From Candidatus Heimdallarchaeum endolithica (GTDB taxonomy: Archaea > Asgardarchaeota > Heimdallarchaeia > Heimdallarchaeales > Heimdallarchaeaceae), in NCBI GenBank assembly GCA_021513715.1, contig CP084167.1, forward strand, positions 2,720,001 to 2,784,000: 64,000 nt of DNA, read 5' to 3'. Position 1 is the first letter of the stretch, and each line of letters begins with the position of its first letter. Below are positions 49,461-60,080 of this stretch, in pieces. The notes beneath the pieces are model-generated. The model searched no databases, was not told the DNA's origin, and saw nothing but the letters and a program-made list of their open reading frames with translations. The position numbers were made by a program, and so were the translations under genes.

Positions 49461-50648
49461 TTATCGATTCTTCAGATGTTCTAATTCTTTTAGATCTTTT
49501 ATACTTTTGACAAGAATCTTCTTTTTAAACTCCGAATTATGGAAATATGCTAGTTGTTTATGGTCTATTTCTCGTTTGTATTTTACTTCTATTGCACAAT
49601 CTTTTCCTATTATAAAATCAATTTCTTTCCCATTAATGACACTGTAGCAAGGATTTTTGTTTTTTAGTTTTAAAAATACTAGATTCTCAAACAGTGCTCC
49701 CTTGTCCTTATAACCTACAAACATTGTTCGTATTCCTGTATCTGCAATATACACTTTTTTTGGTCCTCTTATTTGCTCATTTAATGATTTTGAACATTTA
49801 GGAACCAAGTAAATAAGATAGGTCTCTTCTAAATATGATAGATAATTAGCAATTGTCTCATTTTTTATTCCTAGCACTTTTCTTAACTTATTAATCGTTA
49901 ATCTTTTTCCTACCCTCTCACAGAGCAGTACGAACAACTCTTCAAGTTTTTTTATATTCCTTATATTGTACCTGGAGACTATATCTTTGTATAGAATATC
50001 TTTAACCAACTGTAGTAATTTCTCTTGATTTTTTGATAATACATATTCTGGCATTCCTCCTTCACGCAAATAATCGTCTACGTATTTCTCATATAGGTAG
50101 GATTCAGTTTTTGTTATTGTAAGATTATTAAAATTCAAATATTCTTCAAAAGTCAAAGGCTCTATTTTAACCACAATGTTCCGCCCAGTAAGGTAAGCTT
50201 TCTTATCCTTTACTACTAGACTATTTGAACCACTCGCATAAATTTTGACATTTTCACTATCGTGTAAGACTTTAAGTTCTCGTTCGAAGTCCTCTTTATA
50301 TTGAACCTCATCAAAAAATAAGAATAATTTCTCTTTTCTTTTTAACCCGTGAATCTTTCTAACTTCCTCTACGATATCTAGCAGACTAATGGTGTCAAGT
50401 GCTGGATGCTCTAAACTTAAGTAAAGTAGTTTTTCAGGTTGTGCTATTTTGTCTTTTAAGATTTTTGCGATTAATTGCTTCATAATAGTTGTTTTTCCAA
50501 CTCTTCTTAATCCCGTAATTATAACTATTTCTGAACTGTTCAATAATTTATATAATCTACTCAAATATTCTTCTCTTTTTATTCCCGGTGTAGAATATTC
50601 CTCTTCCCACCATGGGTTATACAAAAAAAGAATTTCTTCAAGATCCAT
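49461..50648 (-). CDS. AAA+ ATPase, AAA_14 + DUF4143 family
   Basis: YNPWW, GLRRVGKT, FFDEVQ, SGSN, GGMPE, KVYIADTG and EIDF...IEVK. Confidence 0.92.
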   Translation of the reverse strand: MDLEEILFLYNPWWEEEYSTPGIKREEYLSRLYKLLNSSEIVIITGLRRVGKTTIMKQLIAKILKDKIAQPEKLLYLSLEHPALDTISLLDIVEEVRKIHGLKRKEKLFLFFDEVQYKEDFERELKVLHDSENVKIYASGSNSLVVKDKKAYLTGRNIVVKIEPLTFEEYLNFNNLTITKTESYLYEKYVDDYLREGGMPEYVLSKNQEKLLQLVKDILYKDIVSRYNIRNIKKLEELFVLLCERVGKRLTINKLRKVLGIKNETIANYLSYLEETYLIYLVPKCSKSLNEQIRGPKKVYIADTGIRTMFVGYKDKGALFENLVFLKLKNKNPCYSVINGKEIDFIIGKDCAIEVKYKREIDHKQLAYFHNSEFKKKILVKSIKDLKELEHLKNR

Positions 50649-50853
50649 ACTTTTTTATTTTCATTTTCTTATTAAAGTTTTCCGCTATACTGGAAAAAAA
50701 GAGTTGTTTTTTACTCCTTATGACGTGAAATGTGTTTTGTAAAAGAGAACTGAGAAATTTGTAGTTAATATTATCAAACTTTCTGAACTGAATTTTATTC
50801 CTATAATTTGATAATGTTACAAAATTAGTAAAATAGTTGGTTTTTTAATCATT

Positions 50854-51960
50854 TCAGCTTAAATACTTGTCAATTTTTGGATTTTGTTTAAGTTCTTTTT
50901 TAACTTGTTTAATTTTTTCATTCATTTTATTTATCTCATTTATTGTTTCTTCTTTTGCATATTTTTTTCCTTTTAGATAGTGTGTAATATTCTTTTCTTC
51001 TTTTACTACTTTCATTAGTATCTGTCCTTCTATCAGGAAATTTTTCCAATTTTCCAAATATTTTTCTTTTTCTCTTTGTAATTCAGTTTTGTAATATCCA
51101 TAATCAGTATTATTAAAGATCCACCCCAAATTCCTTTTTGTTGCTTTATATTTTTTTATGACCTCCTCTGGCATAGGTCTTTGTTTATGTTTATCTCCTA
51201 TGATGTTAAAGCCCATTTCATATAGAAATATATCACTTGCTCTTTTTATTTCATTATTGATTTTTTCATGTCCTTGGTTAACATTAATTGCATATAATAC
51301 AAGTGGAATTTCGTCTGTATACAGTTCATATAGTTTATGCCTTAGCAAACCGATTTGCATATACTTGTTCAAAGGATCCTTTCCATTGAAATCTACTATT
51401 ATTCCACATACTTCTTTTTTGCAAAAAAAGTCTATAATTGTATTTGTCGCTTTCTGGCTAGAATCTATTAACATATAACCCATTTTTACTTTATTATTCA
51501 GTCGTTCTGCAATTTCATAATATTTGTTAATGACTTCTATGAATGACTCTATATTGCTATTTTTGATTCTTGGAAAATTTTTATTCATCAACGGCGGAAT
51601 AATGAAATCTGATGGAAAATATTGTATTGCTGTTAATAATTCAATCTCACTTTCTGTTGGAAGTCTTTCTTTCACCCAATCAATAAATACAATATTTAGA
51701 AGATTGTGCTGTATTTCTCTTCTTATTTTGTCAGATATTTTTTCTGCTTCATTCTCCAGGTTGGTTTTTTTCTCTATTCTCTTATAAATTTCATTTATTC
51801 TTGCCCCTGTTTTTACCATTTTTTCTACTTCTTCTAATGTTATTTTGCTTTTAGATATGGTTTTTGTTGGATATTTGATATTTTTATTTGTTAATTGTAT
51901 TTCTCCAACCTCAAGTAACGCATCGTCAGCTATTGTATCAATTTTCTTTTTTATATTCAT
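50854..51960 (-). CDS. Hypothetical TIM-barrel protein, possibly a divergent TGT-like protein
   Basis: The N-terminal GEIQLTNKNIKYP resembles the TGT lead-in. Alternating beta/alpha pattern. No DSG motif. Confidence 0.4.
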   Translation of the reverse strand: MNIKKKIDTIADDALLEVGEIQLTNKNIKYPTKTISKSKITLEEVEKMVKTGARINEIYKRIEKKTNLENEAEKISDKIRREIQHNLLNIVFIDWVKERLPTESEIELLTAIQYFPSDFIIPPLMNKNFPRIKNSNIESFIEVINKYYEIAERLNNKVKMGYMLIDSSQKATNTIIDFFCKKEVCGIIVDFNGKDPLNKYMQIGLLRHKLYELYTDEIPLVLYAINVNQGHEKINNEIKRASDIFLYEMGFNIIGDKHKQRPMPEEVIKKYKATKRNLGWIFNNTDYGYYKTELQREKEKYLENWKNFLIEGQILMKVVKEEKNITHYLKGKKYAKEETINEINKMNEKIKQVKKELKQNPKIDKYLS

Positions 51961-51996
51961 TAAATAAAATTATATAATGAAAAATATAAAAGACTA

Positions 51997-52584
51997 TTGA
52001 CAATGAGTTCTTATTATTTGATGAACGAAAAAGAGTTCATATATGTGCTAGCTTTTCTTTATCAGTATTTAAAGAAGAGTACTAAAGAGTTTATTAACAC
52101 TACTTTTCTTCAGAAAGCAATATTTTTTCTTTCAAGAGGTTTTCCTGTTTTAGAAAAAAAGTTAGTATTTCGTCCTCATAGGTTTGGTCCTCATAGTTAT
52201 AAACTAGAAGAAAAAATACTTGATGCACTGATTAATGAAGAAATTTTAGAAGAGAAAATTCGGTCACGCGATAAAATATTTTTTTTCACTGAGGAAGGGA
52301 AAAGACTTGGTAAAGAAGCTTTTAATTTACTAACCGAAAAAGAACAAAAAGTAATTGATTGGATTGTCAATCAACTAATTGGGCTTACTTTAGATGAATT
52401 GTTAGCTCTTGTATACTATACGTATGATGATATGACAGTAAACTCTGAAATTAAAAAAGAAATTGATTCAAAGCGAAAAAAATTAGCATTATCATTGTTT
52501 CAGAAAGAGAAAATAACTTTTGAAAAAGCATCTGAGATTGCTGGACTTTCAAAAGATGAGTTAAAAAAGATAATCGACAACTGA
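51997..52584 (+). CDS. Winged-helix antitoxin-like protein (SocA/DUF4065-like plus UPF0175-like HTH)
   Basis: LQKAIF...FRPHRFGPHS...TEEG...VYYTY, and C-terminal ITFEKASEIAGLS. Confidence 0.7.
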   Translation: MTMSSYYLMNEKEFIYVLAFLYQYLKKSTKEFINTTFLQKAIFFLSRGFPVLEKKLVFRPHRFGPHSYKLEEKILDALINEEILEEKIRSRDKIFFFTEEGKRLGKEAFNLLTEKEQKVIDWIVNQLIGLTLDELLALVYYTYDDMTVNSEIKKEIDSKRKKLALSLFQKEKITFEKASEIAGLSKDELKKIIDN

Positions 52585-52593
52585 GGGGTTTTA

Positions 52594-53115
52594 TTGTTCA
52601 TTTGTGATTCAACTTTTTTAATAGCTTTTTATATTGAATTAGATAATCGATTGGATATATTGCTTAAGGTAAAAAACAAAGACAAAAAAGTTGTCTATTT
52701 TATCACACCATTAATTTTTAGTGAAGTCTCTGCGAAATCTCCAGATTTATTTCAAGACAATCCTTCTTTGTTTCCAGTTTTTCCACAAAAACAAGGTAAA
52801 GAAATAGAAAATGAGTATTTACCGTTTTTAGAACCTTTTGTAGGTAAAGGTGAAAGGGAAGTGATTTTGTATTCAATAAGCTACGGTAAAACCCCAATAT
52901 TGGATGACAAATTTGCTGTAAAAGTTTGGTTAAAAATTAGTGGGAAAAAACCAATGCGAACTAGTAGGTTCATAGTTGAAACTTATTGCTCTTGGGATAT
53001 TATTTCGAAGTCAGAAGCTATCCATTTGTTGAAAAAATTAAAAGAAAAAGGATTTAGAATAAGTGATGACATATTATTATCACTAATTAGAACTATAGAT
53101 ACTTGTAAAAAGTGA
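52594..53115 (+). CDS. PIN-domain (VapC/DUF3368-like) ribonuclease
   Basis: ICDSTFLI, SEV, GKGEREVI, ILDD and GFRIS. Confidence 0.82.
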   Translation: MFICDSTFLIAFYIELDNRLDILLKVKNKDKKVVYFITPLIFSEVSAKSPDLFQDNPSLFPVFPQKQGKEIENEYLPFLEPFVGKGEREVILYSISYGKTPILDDKFAVKVWLKISGKKPMRTSRFIVETYCSWDIISKSEAIHLLKKLKEKGFRISDDILLSLIRTIDTCKK

Positions 53116-53209
53116 AATCTTCAATTATATACTTTCGGAGGAATACTTTGTTATGGTTGTGTTTTATATCTTTAATTGATTTAATTGTAATGTACTGCAA
53201 TATTACAGC

Positions 53210-53923
53210 TCACTCTTTGAAATCTATGCTTTCTTCAAAACAAGTTTTTATAAATTTGATAATCTTTTTTAAAGATATATTTGGTAACTCGCTGTGAGTG
53301 CAGTTTACTTTATAGACGAGTATATTATCTGCTAAACTTATTGTTGGATAATATTTGCTGTAGTCCTCTGATAAATTAATCATAAACGGAATTTTCAATT
53401 CTCTACATCTTACTATTACTCTCTTTAAAGTTGTTCCTGGATCCAAGAGAATTATACAGCTTATTTTTTCCATCAATTCTTTTTCATTCATCACTTTTTC
53501 TATTGTTATTTTTCCACCAAAAGAATAACCGATTAAAACTATTTTTGTGCTATCACTAATTTTTTTTAACACATATTTCAGCTGTTCAATGTATCTTTTT
53601 CCTGTTTTGTCTATATTATACAAATGTGGAGTGAGGTTAACTAGTCCCCAACCATTTTCTGCAAAACTCTTAAAATACAAGTACTTCGACGAAGAATGCA
53701 TTTCTCCCTCTTTTACTAAATTATATGACCAAAAGGCTACTTTTTCAGGTATGCCTGGTAATATTATTCCTGTTACATTTGCTTTTTCAAAATTATTACT
53801 CGTTATTATATAATAATTTACTTTATTTTCATCAAATTGTTCTTTTATTGTTGTGACTTTCAGTTCTTTTATTATTCTTTTTGTTTCTGAATGTTCAAGG
53901 TTATATATTTCTTCTATATTCAT
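53210..53923 (-). CDS. Alpha/beta hydrolase-fold protein
   Basis: Nucleophile elbow LIGYSFGG, ILLDP and a C-terminal His (CTHS). Confidence 0.7.
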   Translation of the reverse strand: MNIEEIYNLEHSETKRIIKELKVTTIKEQFDENKVNYYIITSNNFEKANVTGIILPGIPEKVAFWSYNLVKEGEMHSSSKYLYFKSFAENGWGLVNLTPHLYNIDKTGKRYIEQLKYVLKKISDSTKIVLIGYSFGGKITIEKVMNEKELMEKISCIILLDPGTTLKRVIVRCRELKIPFMINLSEDYSKYYPTISLADNILVYKVNCTHSELPNISLKKIIKFIKTCFEESIDFKE

Positions 53924-53958
53924 ATAATGCTACAACTTCTACTTTGCTTGTTAAAAGT

Positions 53959-55470
53959 TTAATTGTAGAGGGGATCTAGTTTTTCTAATGCTGCAAAAAT
54001 AGCAATTAACATTGTTGTAAAATTATTAGCAGTGAATGAAATTTTATTATTTTTACTTTTATTTTTATTTGAAACAACTTTCGTTAACTTCAAACCCTCT
54101 TTTTTTATGTCTTCTTTGACTTTAGAGTAAAATTTTGTAAGATATTTTATTATTTCGTTGTTTGGTATTTCAAGCCAATTTAGCTTTTCATTTTTAGTTA
54201 CTTCAGAAAGGTCATATTGGTATAGTTTTTGAAATTCTTTTACCATAAGGTTATTTTTTTCTCTATCGTATGTAGTTTTGTATTGATCGTGTAGTTCTTC
54301 TAACGTTATATTGATGATCACTACACCACAAAAACTTAATGAACCGAGTCTTGTTATGTTCCTTGCTAAGCATATGGGGATGAATTTGTATTTATCTGGA
54401 TCAATTCCTAATTCATCTTTCTCTAATATCTCTTCTTGTACAATATCTTGAATTCGTAATTGTTTTTGCTTTCCAAAATTTGAATAAAGGTAATAAAAAT
54501 CAAAAGAGCCACTGATACCTGTATCTATTTTCCTTTCTTCGACTGAAACTTTTGAAGTTCTTAATGGCAATATTATTTTACCGTCTTTTGTAATTACAAG
54601 GCCACTCATTCCTAAAGTGTTAGCAATGGGGATTTTACTCAATGTTAATTTAACTTTTTCAAAAAAGGTACCAACATTAGATTTTTGTATTTTCTCCCAT
54701 TCTCTACTGAACTCTCTAATTATAAGCATATATTGGCTTAAATAAGGGGATAGCAAACTGCGTATAGTAATATTTTTGTTAGTTTTTAGCTCTGGGCAAT
54801 AACCAGAGATCATCTGATCTACAAATGAAGCTTGGCTAACTTTCATAGTAATTGAGTTAGTTTTGTTATCATAAAGAGATGAAACATATCTTATTCTTAA
54901 TTGATTCCAGCCATTATCAATGTTATAAAAACCCCAAAAAATATCCTCCTGTACTGGTCGAACTATTTCTCTTATGTTTTCTCTCCATTGAAACCCTAAA
55001 TCAAATTCTTCTAAATTAATATTATATTCAAATAAAGGTTTTCCTTTGTATATAGGTCATAATTCAAAAGTAACTGGCCATTTCTTGTCAAATACATAAC
55101 AAAATTCTGAAAATAAATTAGCGTACAAGTGTGAGAGATAATAATCATCGTACTTTTTTTCAAAAAGTTTACACTTTTGTTCATAATAATTCACTACATC
55201 TTCGCTGTTACGAAAAATCTTTGACGAATACTTGACAATTTTTCCTATATTTTTTATAGACTCAAGAGATAAAATGTAGAGAATGGTATATAAAACAAAA
55301 AAAAGTGTTAATAAAGTGGCGTTACTAAAAAAGATAGAAGGATCAAATATCGAAAAAACAGTAAAGAAAGTTGTCAATGAAATTGAAAGAATAATGAGTA
55401 TTATAGAGCGTGGGTTTTTTTGAAGAATAATTTTAAGATTAACAGAGTATGGACGAGATCATTTTTTCAT
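53959..55470 (-). pseudogene. 2TM + NUDIX-like gene interrupted by two in-frame TGA codons
   Basis: One frame from ATG 55470 to stop 53959, with TGA only at 55459-55461 and 55057-55059. N-terminal TM hairpin, then GLVITKDG..ILPLR...SGSFD...EE...ELGI. Confidence 0.7.
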
Positions 55471-55585
55471 TTTTAGCTTTGAAAACATTATGAAGCAGTT
55501 TTTATTTATTTTGATAAGCTTTTTTGTCAAATAAGAAAGTTGATTCTGCATTTTATTGAAAATAAAAAATAATAAAAAAAGAGAA

Positions 55586-57694
55586 TTATCTGATTTTTTC
55601 TCTTCTTAATTTAACATAGATCGGTAATATCACAATTATAAGAAAAGTAAAGATAAAACTGAACGGAGAAATCACCTTTTTTGTATTAGTTCTTTGTACT
55701 GTAGTATAAATCGTTGTTTGTTCTGTTATTGTGGTAGTTTCAGTCACTGTTGTTGTTTCTGTCTGTGTTGTTGTTTCTGTCACTTCTGTTACGCTATCGT
55801 CATATAGTGTTATTCCTCCAGTCAGATCAGATTTAAGATAACCTGCTCGTTCCATCCACTCCCAAGCCATATCTAGATTGTGGTTATATTTGACAATATC
55901 ATTATAATACCAGAAATCCAATAGAGTGTAAGTAACGCTATCTGATATCAAGTATTCACCATCATGAAGGGCGTTGTTGATTTCTTCTCTGTCGATTGCG
56001 TATGCAATAGCTTTTCTGACAGCGAGAGCTTTGGTATATTCCTCATAACCAGGTTCAGTTAAGAAGACATAGTTGTCGTCTCCACCGATGAATGGTCTTT
56101 TAAGGTTGAATCCCATGAAGCTAAGATAGTTGGTAAGTTTTGATTGTACTTCAAATTTGGGATCAGCTTGCATCTCCTTTCTTTCCTCTGGGAAGGAAGC
56201 CATGGCCATGATATCGAGTTTTCCAGCTTTGAACTCTGCCAATGCAGAAGTAATATCAGGAATAACACGAATATTGAAGGTTTTGATATCTAGATCTTGT
56301 TCTGTTCCATCAATAGCTCCAACACCAAACCAGAATGGAGAAGCTTGTAAGACTGTAATTGAGTTCTCAACGTAATAATCTAACATGTACTTACCACAAC
56401 CAAATGCAGAAGTACTGTAGGCCTTCCATTGAGGAGTATCAAAAATACCTTCTCCCAAACCAACCATTGGTACTCCACCAGAGGAGTATGTAACAGTTGT
56501 ATTGGTTGTGTTTAAGAAGAATTCAGGTAAAATTTTTATTTTCAAGTCAGGCCAAAAAGGAGCATAGTTTTCTTTTTCAGGAGTGTCAGGGTCAGCATCG
56601 ATTTCAATCCAAAATGATAAAGGATCTGCAGAGTCAACCCATATATCATGCATCCAATTATATTTATAAGAATCAATACTGGTAATGGGATTTGAATAAG
56701 CAAGTAATGTAAATACTGCGTCTTTAGCAGTTACTTGTTGGTTTGTTCCATCACTGAATTCTCCTTTATCACCAACCATTAAGATGCTGGGATTTACGAT
56801 GTTTCCATCTTCATCAACTAATGGATCAGAGCTACTATCTCTACCCGTGATGTTAAAGGAAGGATTCCAATAAACTTCATCTCGAAGAGTAAATTTGAAT
56901 AAGAGTTCATTGGTTTCATCTTGTTGCCAATCGATAATTAAACCAGTTTTTATTGGCTCATACCCTGGTGTCATTTGTAGTAATGATTCCATGACTAAGG
57001 ATGAGATGTAAGAACTTGAGGCATCATCTTGCAACAATGGGTTCAATTCTCTCCATTTAGCGTCAGAATCATAGAATTCTTCAGTGGATGTTTGACCCTC
57101 GTGTAAGGATGTGAACTTCATGTAAGGTAATGAATCAACTACACCCCAGCTATCATCATATCCATCTAATGTAGCCCAATTAGCAGTATAGGAGGGTTGA
57201 TTGAAGAAAGGAACCATTGGTACAATCTTATCCATCATTAATTGTTGCCAATTATAGTAATGTTGTTGTCTTTCTGTCATATTCATTATTAGTATACCAT
57301 CTTCTATCATCTGTTCATTTTCCATCCCATATGGCATTTTAGTATTAATACCAAACATGTTTAGAGAGCCATTTTCGTTGTATATACCTGTTGGATCAGG
57401 GTCATGGTGACCTACTAGTCCTACAAAAAAGAGGTCATAATTATTAGTTTCCAATAGAGTACCTACAAAATTTGCCCATTCTAAAACTTTGATATTTACT
57501 TTAATTCCTATTTCACTTAAGTATTGGGCTACATAAAGACCATAATTTGGACGAAAACCTCCTCCATTAGTTTTAAATTCCAATTCAAAGAAGTAACCTG
57601 GTATCGATGTTTCATTTTCACCGAAAATAGATACTGTTAGAAACGCTGTTATAATCATAAAAGAGAGTATCACTTTTTTATTCATTTTTGCCAC
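55586..57694 (-). CDS. Family-5 solute-binding protein, circularly permuted, with Thr-rich linker and C-terminal anchor
   Basis: LNPL, FTLRD, TAKDAVFT, GCGKY and VRKAIAYAIDRE. Confidence 0.85.
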   Translation of the reverse strand: MAKMNKKVILSFMIITAFLTVSIFGENETSIPGYFFELEFKTNGGGFRPNYGLYVAQYLSEIGIKVNIKVLEWANFVGTLLETNNYDLFFVGLVGHHDPDPTGIYNENGSLNMFGINTKMPYGMENEQMIEDGILIMNMTERQQHYYNWQQLMMDKIVPMVPFFNQPSYTANWATLDGYDDSWGVVDSLPYMKFTSLHEGQTSTEEFYDSDAKWRELNPLLQDDASSSYISSLVMESLLQMTPGYEPIKTGLIIDWQQDETNELLFKFTLRDEVYWNPSFNITGRDSSSDPLVDEDGNIVNPSILMVGDKGEFSDGTNQQVTAKDAVFTLLAYSNPITSIDSYKYNWMHDIWVDSADPLSFWIEIDADPDTPEKENYAPFWPDLKIKILPEFFLNTTNTTVTYSSGGVPMVGLGEGIFDTPQWKAYSTSAFGCGKYMLDYYVENSITVLQASPFWFGVGAIDGTEQDLDIKTFNIRVIPDITSALAEFKAGKLDIMAMASFPEERKEMQADPKFEVQSKLTNYLSFMGFNLKRPFIGGDDNYVFLTEPGYEEYTKALAVRKAIAYAIDREEINNALHDGEYLISDSVTYTLLDFWYYNDIVKYNHNLDMAWEWMERAGYLKSDLTGGITLYDDSVTEVTETTTQTETTTVTETTTITEQTTIYTTVQRTNTKKVISPFSFIFTFLIIVILPIYVKLRREKIR

Positions 57695-58874
57695 CTCGCT
57701 TTTTCAGTAGAACATTAGACGCTATCATTATTACAAGTGTAAATGGTACAATCATTGGAGAAAAGTAAAGTTCTGCATTGTCTTCTGAAACTGTTTCTAT
57801 TATAGTCTGATATGTTGTTTCTGTTGATGTTTGGTAAGATGTCTCTGTTACCGTTTCTGTTACTGTTACTGTATTTATTAATGTTGAACCTTCTTCTACT
57901 TCTATCTTTATAGCCAAACTATCAAATTCTAAAACAGGATAAAAACTATTATAAAATGCTAATATGTAATCGTGTGGCTTAACACTCACAGCACAAATGT
58001 AAATATAGTTTGTGCCTAGGTATAGTGCTTGACTGTTAGTTGCTATTGAATTATTGTTTGTCCACCAAATAACTTGTCCTGTTCCGACTTTATCAAAGTC
58101 TGGATATGTTGCACTTACAGCATGAAACGTATAATCTGTTGAAACATTGTATTTGTAAAGAATTTTTGGATTTGCATCATCTGTAAGATCTAACCCCGTA
58201 TAATAGGTTCTTGGCTCTTTATATCGAGGAAAATAATCTGAAAAATCCTCAACATATGGTGTTCCCTCAGTATTAAGTTCGATATTAGATTTTTCTATAG
58301 ATTGTATAATATCATCTTCATATTCTTTTACATAGAAGATGTGCTCATCTTTATCGAATAATAGTTGAGCTTCCTCTGAAGGTGCTCCTGGATATGGTAG
58401 TTGATATTCTGCTGCAATAATTGTGAGTATGTGAGCACCTGGTGTTAAATTCAAAATAACTGACTGATTTGTATCTGTAGTTGTTGAAATATCAATATTT
58501 GAAAGCCCAATGTCTATATCATCAATAAATATATTTATTCCCCCAACTATTCTCGTTTCACTATTCTGATTGTTGAACCAATTAGTTGGTTGAACTCCAT
58601 CTCCATAGACTCCGTCTACCGATGTTCCTAAAGGAACAGAAATTGAGACATTAAAGAAAAAACGAAAATGGAATTCATTATTATTAGAAAGAATTACAGT
58701 ATTGTTAGTATTAACATCATCAATCTCTACGCCAAAAGAAGGTAGGCTTAAAGATGATTTGATGTTCGTTATATAAACTGCATAAGTTTGTTCTGTTGTT
58801 TCATTGATTGGTAGTAATGGAGGGATGAAAAAAGCACTTACTATTAGTAGAGCGATATAATATTTTTTTTTCAT
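57678..58874 (-). CDS. Secreted, membrane-anchored beta-rich surface protein
   Basis: Signal peptide, Thr-rich linker and C-terminal TM helix. Overlaps the start of the SBP gene. Confidence 0.75.
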   Translation of the reverse strand: MKKKYYIALLIVSAFFIPPLLPINETTEQTYAVYITNIKSSLSLPSFGVEIDDVNTNNTVILSNNNEFHFRFFFNVSISVPLGTSVDGVYGDGVQPTNWFNNQNSETRIVGGINIFIDDIDIGLSNIDISTTTDTNQSVILNLTPGAHILTIIAAEYQLPYPGAPSEEAQLLFDKDEHIFYVKEYEDDIIQSIEKSNIELNTEGTPYVEDFSDYFPRYKEPRTYYTGLDLTDDANPKILYKYNVSTDYTFHAVSATYPDFDKVGTGQVIWWTNNNSIATNSQALYLGTNYIYICAVSVKPHDYILAFYNSFYPVLEFDSLAIKIEVEEGSTLINTVTVTETVTETSYQTSTETTYQTIIETVSEDNAELYFSPMIVPFTLVIMIASNVLLKKRGGKNE

Positions 58875-59165
58875 AAAATCACCGATTATGCATAAATTAT
58901 CTTTTCTTTGAATAAAAACTTTTTTCTGAGAATAAATGTCGCATTTACATTTGTTAGATTTTTATACTAAAATGGTTGAACATTAATAAATTAATTTCTG
59001 TTTGTTAACTTATCAATAAATAATTAAAAATTGTTTTTCAATTAATAGTTTTAGCTTTTTAGACATCAAAAGCATTGTTCTTGTTTCTTTGCTTGAATTT
59101 TTTGTTTAGTTCTAAAAAGTAAAATACCCAAATGTTTTAAGAATGAAAGAAAGGATTAGATAGCA

Positions 59166-59939
59166 ATGTGTTATAACTTTGAGAAATATCTAGACTGTTT
59201 TAATTCATATCTGAAACAATGGTATAACACTAATAGTGAGTTAGTGAAAAAAAATCTTCGATTAAAAGAAGAGCATACAGAGCGAGTGAGAGAAAATGCT
59301 GTTGAATTATCTAATCTACTACATCTTTCTCAAACACAGAAATTTTTAGCTGAAGTTATTGCATTATTTCACGATATCGCTCGATTTAAGCAGTTTTTTT
59401 ATTACAAGACTTTTGATGACAAAAAATCCTTTGACCACGCTGAAGAAGGAGTAAAAATTATTAAGGAAAACTGTTTCTTGAATGGAATAGCTGTTGATGA
59501 TCAATATAGGATTCTTTCTTCTATTAAAAATCATAATAAGAAGACTTTACCAATAATAAAGGATGATACTGAAAAGCTTTTAGTCCGTCTTATACGTGAT
59601 GCTGATAAGCTAGACATTTGGCGTATTGTAGGTGATGAGTTAGCGAAAAAGGATGAACCTTCAATCTCTTTGGGTTATACAGGAAATAGTAAATTTAATC
59701 CTGAGATTGTTAAACTAATAAAAAATGAGGAATCTGTAGATTACAAACTAGTTCGCTCAACATTAGATTTCAAGCTTGTAACTCTTGGGTGGATATATGA
59801 TATTAATTTTAGAGAGACTTTTTTTCTTATTCGCAAAAATAAAGTGTTAGAACCAATTCTCAATTCATTACCAGAAATTCCTGAAGTTTTGAGTATAAAA
59901 AAAACTGTAGAAGATTACATTAACAATGTCTTAGATTAA
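59166..59939 (+). CDS. HD-domain metal-dependent phosphohydrolase
   Basis: EHTERV...LFHDIARF...DHA...HN...IRDADKLD. Confidence 0.9.
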   Translation: MCYNFEKYLDCFNSYLKQWYNTNSELVKKNLRLKEEHTERVRENAVELSNLLHLSQTQKFLAEVIALFHDIARFKQFFYYKTFDDKKSFDHAEEGVKIIKENCFLNGIAVDDQYRILSSIKNHNKKTLPIIKDDTEKLLVRLIRDADKLDIWRIVGDELAKKDEPSISLGYTGNSKFNPEIVKLIKNEESVDYKLVRSTLDFKLVTLGWIYDINFRETFFLIRKNKVLEPILNSLPEIPEVLSIKKTVEDYINNVLD

Positions 59940-60080
59940 TTTGTTATTTTTTTATTCTTTTGTCCTAATCGTTGTAATTAAGTTTCCTTTCCAATTTTTT
60001 GATGCCAATAATATTTAGCCTGTTAAGAAGTCAAATAGGACTTACAATAATAAAATGAAAGAAAAATAACAAGTGTGTAT

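Noticed and set aside
55057-55461. Selenocysteine or genome-wide TGA recoding
   Set aside because: Many intact genes here end in TGA, the contexts are not redox motifs, and a TGG>TAG case also occurs. Decay at Trp codons is simpler.
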